Source of the DNA: Phoronis australis
Taxonomy: Eukaryota > Animalia > Phoronida
NCBI GenBank assembly: GCA_002633005.1
Contig: NMRA01000074.1
Location: forward strand, 206,187-270,186
DNA length: 64,000 nucleotides
Reading direction: 5' to 3'
A program made the translations under genes and the position numbers. Each line of letters opens with the position of its first letter. Position 1 is the first letter of the stretch. Under the pieces are notes generated by a model. That model saw only the letters and a program-made list of their open reading frames with translations, was not told the DNA's origin and did no database searches. This document shows, in pieces, positions 27,501 through 39,500 of this stretch.

Positions 27501-30500
27501 CTGGCAAAGTGGCGTCCTCTGACGTGAGCTTGGACTGTTGAATTTTGGTATTGAATTCACAACTTGTGGAATATAATTCACTGTTTCGATTCCATAAATG
27601 AACTTAAACAAAGATTCTGTGCTGCTGTATGTGTAAGCTATTGCATCTACAGCATGCATTCTTGATGTATTGATAGTGTATCAAGATGTTTCATAATTCA
27701 AATGGTTTTCAAGGGTTCAATAAGTTTGTTGTAGATGGAAGAGAATGAGAAGAGAGAGATATTTGAAGCAAGGAAGAAGAGAATGATTGAAAGGCTTATT
27801 GAAAAGCAAGAAGTCATAGCACAAGCATTAGAAATTGGAAGAGGTAACTTTAAATAATAATTTGATATATGGAGTACTGCCACGCAGCCTTATAATTAGT
27901 CATCCCAATACAATGGTCTATTTTGTATTGCATACATGTCAGTGCCATTTGTTCCTTCATGTCTGCTGCTATTGTAATTCACATCTTGATATATTTATGT
28001 GCTATAAGAGAAACAATTGTCAATTATATTCATACCTTCGTATTCATGCATGACCCCACACTAATAAGTCGCAATCAAATGTGCAAGTCTCCCATTGATC
28101 GGTGTCTCCTCATTTTCAGAGTTCTACTGCCAAGGTAAGGTGTCACACGCTGTGCATGCCCGTCACCCTCATGGCAGTCAATCCCATGTATCCATCGAAT
28201 CGCATCACCACCACATACGCCATATACGAAAACAGCTAGAGGACCTCAATGTATTCAGGCCATGGTTCATAGGGATTATCACTGTGGTAAGTTCTTCAGG
28301 TTTTATGATTCCATAGGCAATTATGACTGGGAAAGTGTGGTTAAAATAAATTTTCACCAATTTTGGATGAAAATAAATACCGAAATTGTATTTTTTCGTT
28401 TTTACGGGCTTCTAAGATTGTTTCAGAATGCTCAGAATTCTTTAAAATATTGTCTGTGCATAGCTGTGACTACATAACTTGGATGTAGAAAAACATTTTG
28501 GTTCTACATATGATTTATGAAAAATGAAACTGTAAAATTTCACGTGCCCACCATATTGATGAGATTTTACCGTTAGAAATTTTTTGTTATTCTCTGGGTA
28601 GGGGTAAGTTGTCTTGTCTGTGAATCACTTCTAATAGTCTAAAAGTGACTTGCAGTGCTCCTGGTGCCAAGAAGCATTGACAACATGCCAAGAATTGTAG
28701 AATGAAACTAATGGCTTACTTCGAAGTCCAACTGCCGCCTGGTGGTTTGGTAAAAATGGCCCAATTGGATTGCACACCCAGCAGAATTAATCAAGGTACC
28801 TAAACTACATGGTTAAGGGACTCATAAACATGGTTAACAGACTGCCAAACACGGGTCACAGCCTCATCGGCTTCCTGGGTCAGTTGACATCTATATTTTG
28901 TCCATAAACCGTGTTTGGCGGTCCGTGAACCGTCTTTCTTCATGAATGTGAGTACGTGTCCCGTGTATTTGGGTGAAAGGATCATTTTGTGAGTCGGTAC
29001 CCGTGTTTGTGAGTCAGTGAATGGTGTTTGCAGGTACGTGAGTCGTGTTCATGCGTCCATGACCATGTTTATGAGTCCGTTAACGGGTGTAGTTTAGGTA
29101 CCTTGTTAATGAGGAACATATTGCAACATTAAACAAACATTTTAGGCTGTAAATTTAAGTCGCGTTTCTTGTCCAATTTTCAAAGTTCAAAAAACTACTC
29201 ACGTGACTTTCACAAACTATTCGAATATGACAAACTTTCAAAACTAAAATTTAGAAATACTATTCGCCCCCAATGTGTTTTATAATGGGTTGCATTATCT
29301 AGAGAGCGATAACATCAGGATCCTGAGGGAATTTAATTAACCACAACAGCATGGTGTCTTTGATCTAAGCCAGCATATTGTGAGGTGCGCAAACTGGTCG
29401 AGTTACCCAATGTTGACCGACTAGAGTGTCAACGTAGGAATCTTGGGTTAATTAACCACCAATAACATAACACTTTGTCTTGGCCTCCTGATGCAGTGCG
29501 TTTGCAAATTGTGAGTCAAGTGTATTGTGCGTTTGCAAATTGTGAGTCAAGTGTATTGTGCGTTTGTAAATTGTGAGCCAAGTGTATTGTGCGTTTGCAA
29601 ATTGTGAGCCAAGTGTATTGTGCGTTTGCAAATTGTGAGCCAAGTGTATTGTGCGTTTGCAAATTGTGAGCCAAGTGTATTGTGCGTTTGCAAATTGTGA
29701 GCCAAGTGTATTGTGCGTTTGCAAATTGTGAGCCAAGTGTATTGTTCCTTTGCAAATTCGCCAGCTGTGTCACCACTGCATAAAACTTCCAGTTCTAGTC
29801 ATCATGACGCAACACCACTGCATTCATATCAAAGGGGGTGCTGTTTAAGTGCTACTCAGTGAACATTTTGACCTCTCAAATATTTCATGAAGCTAGCAGA
29901 GGCAGTGTACAGATTACATTTTACTTGGTCAAATTATTCTAAATTTGCCAACGATTCCCTGTGAGAGGCCTCCCAATCGGTTTCAATTGTGAGGAGGGTT
30001 CAACGATCTTTGCAGAACATTGGTGCATAACGTTGTTGTGCACGTTTTTGTCGGGGTTCCAATATTTTACCTAATGCAATAATTAGTAATTATTACACCA
30101 TGTGAATATTACAGCTACAGCTCATAGTATTGATTGTGGCCATCGCTGTTGGTGGCGTGACCACCATATCTGTTGATCCCGTGCTGGAACTTAAGGATGA
30201 CGTCACATTTGAAGGCCCAGTGACTGTACACCACTGGTTTCTTCCCAATGTCTGGATAGGCCCACCAATGGAAGCTCTGATAGGTACAGCAAACTTCTTA
30301 AGTCTGTGGGATTTGTGTGTCTGTAAAATTTGCGACTCCCTCAGCCTGTTCACGGTATCAAGCTCAGTTGTATGGTAGATCTGTACAACTGTTGGCGCGT
30401 CATCAGTTGTTCTCATCAAGAGCACTCCTCTAAAGCCGTTTTGTGGCAAGGAATAATTGTCACAGTACAAGATGCTCCACTTATGTCGCATTGACACGAC

Positions 30501-33500
30501 ATTTGATCGCAAGCTGGATAAACACGAAAACTGTTTGTGCATGCTCGCATAAAAAATAGCAAATGTTCAAACCACGTGGAATATGCCAGCAGACCAACTG
30601 TATATACCTTATTGAGCAAGTGTAACAGAGCTAATCCCTTCTGCCTTAGCTGCTCCAGTTTGTTTTTTGACAATAGTTGACACTGCATGGAGCAACTGAT
30701 GGAGTGCAAAGTATTTGCTCTGCCTTTCAAACCAGTTTCAAAAATGGCCGTCACAGTGACAACTTGCTCATGTCAGTCATGTTTACAGGCATATACTTGC
30801 ATTCTATCACCTGTTCCTAAAATTTCAGCTGTTCCTTGTTACCAGAAGTGCGCCTTGTGCAAATGCGACTAAAGCTGATCTTTTGTGTGGATCAGGGTAA
30901 TTTAACCTCATTAGTCATGACTTTATGGCTATGAAACACATTGGCTGAACTAAACTGGAATATCATACACTGAAACCAGAAATTTTATATGTTTGGCTTC
31001 TGAAAATTAAATTCATTGTGAAAAGTTACGTTAGGATCATTTTCTAAGGAAATTTGCGATAAGTATTGGCCAACTGAATTTCAGTTCACGCGACCATTAT
31101 TTCAGTTGGGACAGACCTGTTCACCTTAATGTATTCATTGTTCTACGTAATTGAAGTAATCAGTCTCGATGCGGGACAAAAGACTGTTGAAGCACTTAAA
31201 AATGGACCAGATGGTGGATTTGGAAACTACTGTAAGTCAGGAGTTAAAACTAGAGATTTTTCAATGTCCAAGACATGCTGATGATTTTTATTTTTATCAT
31301 TATTTGTAAAATTTATTTTTCCATTACAAAAATCTCCAGTTGATTGAATATTTACAGTGGTTTTCAAATAATACGGATATCAATCTGCTTACACACTAGG
31401 CCAATTGGTGCACTAGTCTTGGAATTAGAGAAACTTGAGGTTATGTAGAATCCTATAAAAATGTCCAAATTTAGTCAACTTTGGAACATATCTCAGAGAT
31501 GGCAATTCATACATTACAAGACAAATTTTAAAAAATTAATACCGTTTTCCCATCATGACGGCTAAATCTGTTAACATTAAAAGGACTGATAAAATTAACT
31601 TTATGCTCGGAATATGTCCCGAAAATAATAGGTGCGTCGCAAGCTCCGTTTCCAGAGATACAAAGGAGACCGTGTATAGGCGATATAAGGTCATTTATTA
31701 TGACTGATAAGGTACAGAAATATGAGTGTACAAATAACATAAAGATAAAATAATAATCTCTGGAAAGATGGGCAATAAAAAGCGCCACGACAGATGTTGA
31801 AGCATGAGATGTCTTCAACATCAACATTCACGGTCTCCTTTGTATCTCTGGAAACGGAGCTTGCGACGCACCTATTATTTTCGGGACATATTCCGAGCAT
31901 AAATGACATTTCACTCGTTAAATATATTTATGCGAGAATATGGACTCATCCCTCTTATACCCCCATCTTTCGGACTCTTCCAATAACCCCTTGTGTAGAT
32001 TTGCATGCGGTCCTCCTGCACTCAAGGCACTAGGACATTCCATTTCCAGCCTCACTATTGGTTCGTTTGTATTACTGCCACGAGTTTGGTCAGCTCCTGG
32101 CTCCCATAGGCTGATGATTGTCACGTGTCATAGGGCTCCTTTGTTCTCAAGAAAGTTATATTTCCTGCCATCTGTACTTCGCTTTGCAGCACTTAGGTTC
32201 GAGCTAATCTCTCTTCATTTTTCCCACCCTCTACCACCCTCTCCTTTGGGTAGTTCCTCTTACCTGAGTGCTGGCGCTTTTTATTGCCCATCTTTCCAGA
32301 GATTATTATTTTATCTTTATGTTATTTGTACACTCATATTTCTGTACCTTATCAGTCATAATAAATGACCTTATATCGCCATACAAAATGAAGAGAGATT
32401 AGCTCGAACCTAAGTGCTGCAAAGCGAAGTACAGATGGCAGGAAATATAACTTTCTTGAGAACAAAGGAGCCCTATGACACGTGGGGTGGCAAAATTCTA
32501 ATTACACAATGGCTTTAAGTGATTCCTGTTAATTTCCATTCATTTTTGGTATGAGGGAGGAGCTCTGCATGACGAAGATTTTGGCTTGCATTGTATATGA
32601 AGCATTAACTTTTCATATTGCCAACCAGCCATATCATACATGTACATATGTGGGTGTTCTTTACTCTTCGCATTATCCCACCTTTTCACTGATGCTAATT
32701 ATAGGAATGGGTGCTGTGTACGGATTGTGCATGAGAGCTGATACCTACCTGGAAGTCATTCATGTTAAGTCCAGGGACAGACTGACTGGCTGCTGTCAGC
32801 TGACAAGAAAGAACATTGCTGGTACAACAACAGTTGAGGAATGCACTGTGTTAACATCAGGTAAAGCTGGATCCTGAATAATTCACACTTATTGCTTTAC
32901 AAACATCTCATATTTCACAAGACCATGTAATGTCATGGTGATAGACTGTCCAGAGTTGCTGGTAGTTGGGACCTGATGAAACTCCTAAGTAAAGTCTTTG
33001 TTCAGCAGACTATATGTGATTACATGCTCATATCTCCCCAGTGTTTACAACCATGTTTATGATGGGCAATTTCACGCATGGTTGCCTGCGCTAATATCCA
33101 GAGAGCAATAACATCAGCTAAAGCTGGGGTTTCATTGAAGATAGCAGTAGATTTTTATGTTAGGGAACCGGTTGAGCTGCCAAAACTCGACCACTGGGGT
33201 GTCATACTGCAAAAGCTAGGGCCTTAATAAGGCACAATTGTAGATAGTTTATAAGGATAACCTGGTGCTGTAAAATAGGGCGAGTTTTTAATGCTCTGCT
33301 ATGCACATGCAGCTATGTTAAATTTTATCGCTGTGGCGCTGGTGCTATGAAATTATAAATATAATATTAGTAACAGTAATAATAACTTAGTGGCTATAAA
33401 CTTGCCTTCCATGGCAAAAAATATGAAACAAAATGAAGATCTTCCATAGCTTCAAAATTACTTACAATTCGTTTTTGCTGGGGATCAGGTTTCCTGAGTT

Positions 33501-36500
33501 GCTGTGTCACACAGTAATTTTTTGTGCCAATGTCTCGGCAAATAATTAACTGTCAGTTCTTTGCAAACTCATATATCAGTAAGTTCTGATCTGAGTATAG
33601 GCCTTTTACAGCAATGAGTGGTCTAGAACATTCGCTTCTTGGAAGGAGTTCTGGTACATGATAGTAAACTATGATAATAATTAACAGGAATAGGCGAGTG
33701 GTATCGCCATAGCATCTGCAGCAAGAGGCCACCTGATCAAGACGTGGTCACGCATAATTTGAAGCCATGTTGTTACATTACCAACAATCTGTGTCGACTT
33801 ACCTCAAAAACACATTGTGATTACCTGAATGGAAAGTGGCACAAAGATGCTGATCACTGCAGTGAGGTAAGGAGAAGGACTAGAATTTAAGTGTATTAAA
33901 AGAGACATTGGCTAATGGCAAGTGTGAATGCAGTGTCATGCTAAAGGGACATTGTCAGAGATTTACCTAAGGCCGGGGCAATTACAGGCCAGCGGGCATT
34001 ATGTGGAAATTGATGAAAATTTGTGAAAGACATTACAATTTGTGTTGTTTTTGTGGTCATTTCTGAGAAAAGGAGTCTTAATTAGAACTAATAGGAATCG
34101 CAGTCATGAGGGTTGTCTATATGACTGCCTACCCTTGAAATCGCAGGACCTCGTCGTTTGCCTCATGCAGGCCTGAGAACTAGCGGAAAGAAGCACAGAC
34201 TTTGAAAACGTATACAGACTTAGAAACTAAAGCACACTTTGTAGTTGCATATAGTCAGTATCACGTCTGATGTCCAGCCGTCCATTGCTAATGTTGTTTG
34301 ACTGTAGAGTATCTCAGAAATCGTGAAAAAGATCATGGTGAAATTCAATTGATGCTAAGTTATTCTGATGTTTTAATGTTTTTCAATTTGTGTATTTGGG
34401 TCTTGAGGTACGCTTATGGGATTTGCACACAAGTGGATGAGAAGGTGTGCCCCGTTTACCCCCAGAGTATACAGTGAATTCCTCGTCATTATATCAAAAG
34501 CTTGATAGCACCCTCATGGATTAAAGTGAGCTAGTCGCCATACATAAGCTTGGCTGAAAGTGTAATATGTTCATAAACCAACGCGTACAAGTTTCAAAGT
34601 TAAAAACAAACACTAGAAGTAAAAGGCAAACGATCAACACGACTGTTTTTAAAATTGAAAGTAAATAGTAACATTATACTAAGAGAAATTAGCGAATGTT
34701 TTTCTTCAGCATCTATAGGTTAAGTCAGATGTCAGAATTAAGTTGTGAATTGATTAGTACAGGTTAGGCTTAGGTGCGCAGAGGCGTTGGGGTAACAAAA
34801 CCTCAGATGTTAGTGTCAGTAGCAGTTGTCTCATGGGAAAGTGCCCTTCGAAATGCCTTTTAATTTTGTAAACCATGAGTCAAAATTCATCAGCTGTCAT
34901 CACAGACAACAGCTCTATTTCAAATTCCATGTTTATTGCTAACAAATAAGGCTTTAGGATCACTGTTTGTTTAGACTTGGTTTTTTAATACACCGACGAG
35001 GCTGGTCCTACACAAACTTTTAAGCCATACTGATGTATTAAGCCAAATGTCTACAAACTATAGATTTTAGCTCCATAATTTAGGTATGTATTTTCTGAAA
35101 GTACAAAGTCTGTCGAATGTGATTGTTGACCACTTTAAAGCAATCTGCTATCGACTGGATAACGCGACCGTGTCTTTTTTGTAAATTTAGCCAAAAGGAA
35201 AGGTACATCCACAGCAAAAAAGCAACAACATCAATAAGATAACTGCATTTTATTTGATATGAATGTACAGGATGAAGTATCAAAAATGCTGTTACATTTT
35301 TATAAATTATCATTTCGGCTGAAAGTCTCATGAATCTGATCACCAATTTGAGATGTGGTGTTCTGAAGTTTGCCAAATTTGGCCATTTTCGAGAGTTCTA
35401 CATGAGTAAATGCAAACTTAGGCTCTATGGTTGTGGCTGATAAGAAAATTGTTTAATTAACCCAATTTATTTTGAATGTTTCTATGACGAATATGGAATT
35501 TCCACCATCCACACCCACCTGTTGGTTGTGAATGTAAGTGAACATTCTCTATTTTCACTGGTTGTTTTCATTCTGCATGTGTAAGATGACTGGCATCCCA
35601 TCACAATGCATTTTGATGTATCTTATTCATGCTATCTATAAAAAGTCAATGGAATGATGCACTGGCACCAGTTGATTTGCAGATGGATTCCTCTGTCGTG
35701 TTATCCCCTGACTGTTGATTTCCAATAAGAAATTGTATGTCAGTCATTTTTTTCAAAACAGCTTGACATTTGCCAAACCTTAACACAAAGGTCTGGTGGA
35801 AATATGCAGCAACAGTTGCAAATTCAACTACAGTGGCACGCTTTAAATGTTGGTTGTCTGAAGTTTTCAGCCAGCAATTCCATGTCCTTCATTTTTTGGC
35901 AACACAACTGAGTATTGATAAGAAGGTGATAACAAAGTTAACTTAAAAAATCTTTCCAGATCAACTGCTTGAAGGACATTTGCAATCTGGGGTTTGGTTC
36001 TGCCAGTGATAACTTCACAAAGTTCTACACAACTCAGCGTGTGATCCTGCACAACCAGTGGTTCCGTTTTCCCTTTTCCTTGCTGCTCCACTTTGGGATC
36101 ATCCACTTTGTCCTCGTGGCCATTATTCAGGTACTTTTATCATTGAAAGGCTAGTAGTGGATTTAAAGGCCTGTGCAGCACCAGCTTTGAAAATCTTTGT
36201 TTCTTTTTCTTGTTTGGGGATGGAATCTTTTGGTTTGGTTTTATTATGGTGAGTTGGTAATCTCAGCAATTACTCAGGATAAAACGAAGGGTCAAATGAA
36301 GTTACCATTGTGTGAAATGGGATGTTCCATGTATGTATTCCTATTATGCCTAATTGGCGAGGCCTGGCAGTGTGCCCTACATAATGATAGGTGAACCGCT
36401 TCCTTCACTCAAGGTTGTGGGTGCCAGTCTCACTGTGACACACTGCAAAACCCTTGACTTAGGTCTCTATCTCCTCAGTTATATCTGTTAGTATGTTAAT

Positions 36501-39500
36501 AAAGCAGTGATCAGGGTAGTGGGCCCACTCGAGCGGTCTGTGCATGTCTGGTACAATGTGTACCAGCTAGAATGCCTGCTAATATACCTCAATATATCCT
36601 CAATATAGCTTTAACTACACAAGTAGCAAGGCCCCTCCATAGGATATAGCTGCTGAAGCAGTATGTGTTTCGCATGCTGAACATGAGAAACCCTTGAGTA
36701 AAAAATTTGGAACATTGGCGTATGGGCCCTACAACATGTATGTACGGTATTCATACTCATCAGTTGGTCTATCTCCATACTTATTCCACTGCCTGTATCG
36801 CATCATCTGAAGTACTCTGTTGTACTATGGTCAAGACGCAATTTTTTTATTAATACTTTCAGTAATGGTTTTCTTCTGAAGTAAATTTATTGACTTCCAG
36901 TATTGGTATACTAAAATATTGTAACAACTGGAAGACAAGTGTCACTGCAGTTGTGCTTAGACTAGTTATACTATGGTATCTGTTATCTTTTTGTGTATTT
37001 TGTTTCTATAGATTTCCTTGTAGTTTTTATTACAAAACATTGCACAGGTGCTTTAAGAGTTCCCAACTCAAGACAAAAGCGTGTCTACCATTTTCAGGTC
37101 TTTCCTAATAATTCAATACTAGTTTTGTCATTTTTGCATTTTCTTTGATTTTTTCCAAAAAAACTTTTAGGTTTTGGTTGGTGCTCAGATTGAGAAATTG
37201 GCAGGCTGGTTGAGAATTGGCCTTATATACATTATCAGTGGACTTATGGCTCTCGTGGTGAGTAAAAGACTTGACACCTTTCATATAACATGACCTGCAG
37301 GCCTCTGAGACCCGCTCATTCCAGTGTTGCTGCTTAGTGCATGGTCATACATTAAGCAGCTGGGGCTCTGTTTAACAAAGTTTTTTCTTATGCCCAGTCA
37401 CAACTTAAGACAGCATATCTCAAGATTGTTACTGGAGCATATTTCATATTTAGTGAATTCATTCCTTACTTCTAGCCTGTCTTACTATATAGTGAATACT
37501 CGCAGGCCAATGTACTGATTGCTCAGCATCCCAGATAACGTGTCTAAAACAAGGACTACCATATTCACCTCAATAAGCACCCAGGGAGCTTAGAAAGATT
37601 TGTTTCAGAAAGTGCGCTAATTATAGCTTAAGGTGGTTGAAACCCGGTCTCCAAAACAGGTATGGACGTAAGCTAGGATTCATCAAATTTACACTCTGTG
37701 ACGTACCCTTAACCTATAATGACAGACTTTCTACAAAAATTGTGGTGCATTGCTATCAAACTTTGTTGTTAAATTACGATCATTTTTCAGAAAATTGCTC
37801 CGAAATCCCAGGGCAAAAACTTGCCGAACGTGTTTTATTTAGCACTTGTTGATCTCATCTGCTCAAAAGCGTTCGAGTGTTGTCTCGGTAAGACCGATAT
37901 TTAATGTCATTGAGGCGCTGGGTGACTGGATGCATAACAGTCTAGCAGTTATTTTCCGGGAGCTCCAGGGGGTGTGCGAAAGTGTTCACTATCAGTGGGT
38001 CATTTTGACTTTAAAACACCAATTATGAGTAATTCAATAATTCCTCCTAAAATTAACGCAAACGTTTTTACGGTATTAGAAACTTTTTGAAATTAGTGTC
38101 ATTCTTGCCGATGCTATGCTACCCGTTTCATGAATGCATGGTTCCCGAAGAGCAATGTCTTCGATGACAGGTACATGTATGTAGCGCGCACTTCCTGGCC
38201 ACGTGCTTTTAACACTGGTCAAGTTTTATTAGTCTTCGATTCGCGGTTTTCACGTGTACGAAGAAATTTGGATTCCTGTTGAGGGAGATCTGTACGGGAA
38301 AGAAACATTCCAATCCCTTTGACAAGTTTGCTGCGTCTGTTCTGAAAGGCCAGACCATAATGGGACACGTTCCTCCCAAGATCAGCAAAACTTTTGCGTT
38401 CTTTTTGAAGCACGGTGAAAGTTTGAAATGTATAGTCATGGCTAAATACCAATATAGCGGCGAGGCTCGTGGTCTACAAATTCTGCGTACAATGATTTTT
38501 TCAGGACTGTCTAATCTTATTGATAAATTGAAGATGTTACTGTAGAATTACAGAACTAGGTAAGGCATTTTGTGCATGTACATGTTCATGGCCTGGGTGC
38601 TTATTTTAGGGAAATCTCGAAAACACGTGGAGGTGCTTATAGGGTCATGGGCGCTTATTAGGGCGAATAAAGTATTGAAAATAAGCAATATTTATATATT
38701 TACGTGGATTGTGTGTTAGATTTATTTTAAGTATAAATTGTAGTAAGTTAAAGGTTTATTTTGCCGCTGTTTAGTTGCCAATGCTGAATTCTTAACTGAA
38801 GCTCTTTGGGATTTAAATACGTTACCAGGCTAATCATTGTTGCTGAATGAGCAGTGGCAACTCAAGTCAACAGCAAAGTATACAGTCATCATTTTAGGTC
38901 AACCCCAATTAACTCTGAATCCTTTTCTTTAAGTAGCTGATGGTTTCCATATGTTTGTTGGAAACAGATGAAGCGGAACCCAATCATGGCAAGGAATGTT
39001 ATGAGAACCATTTTTCTGAGAGTAAAAGGCCTAATTTGATTTTCGTAGTTTAGCCAGTGACTAAACAAGGCAAAATTTAGCTTTAAACTGTAAATAAAGT
39101 ATAACACTGATTGATTCTTTGATGTCACGAATAAGTGATTGTTTGATTTTGGGCAATTAAATGTTTCTGGTTAAGTGCTCGTCTGTTGTTGGTTATAACA
39201 TCTATTTTGTCATTTGTCAGTCGCTGACAGCTTGCTTACAACAGTGCTGTTAGTTAAAGTACTCGTCTCACAACTTTCCAGGCAGCTGGTCTGTTTGGTG
39301 AATATCATCCACAGTGTGGCGCCATGGGTTCTGTGTTTGGCCTTCTGGGCGTTCAGAGTGTAGAGCTAATGCAGTCATGGAAGATTATCGCCAAGCCATG
39401 GAGGGAACTTGCTAAACTGGCTGGCATCATTGCCATATTGTTGATGGCTGGCACATACTCCTTCATCGATAACATTGGCAACGTTTTAGGTTACATATTT

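Larger units (their letters stand above)
37557..38674 (+). mobile_element. TA-bounded TIR element carrying a decayed HIRAN-like ORF
   Basis: Ends taccatattcacctcaataagcaccc and rc tactttattcgccctaataagcgccc (20/26 match); internal SSIRGFHVYEEIWIP / NPFDKFA / GHVP / FLKHG / GLQI. Confidence 0.6.

Noticed and set aside
29452-29776. Repetitive ORFs or a CRISPR-like array
   Set aside because: Pure 31-bp tandem repeat with no unique spacers and no cas genes, in a eukaryotic intron
31691-32368. ORFs sharing the C-terminus GAFYCPSFQRLLFYLYVICTLIFLYLISHNK on opposite strands
   Set aside because: By-product of the B/B' inverted repeat; no protein-like features
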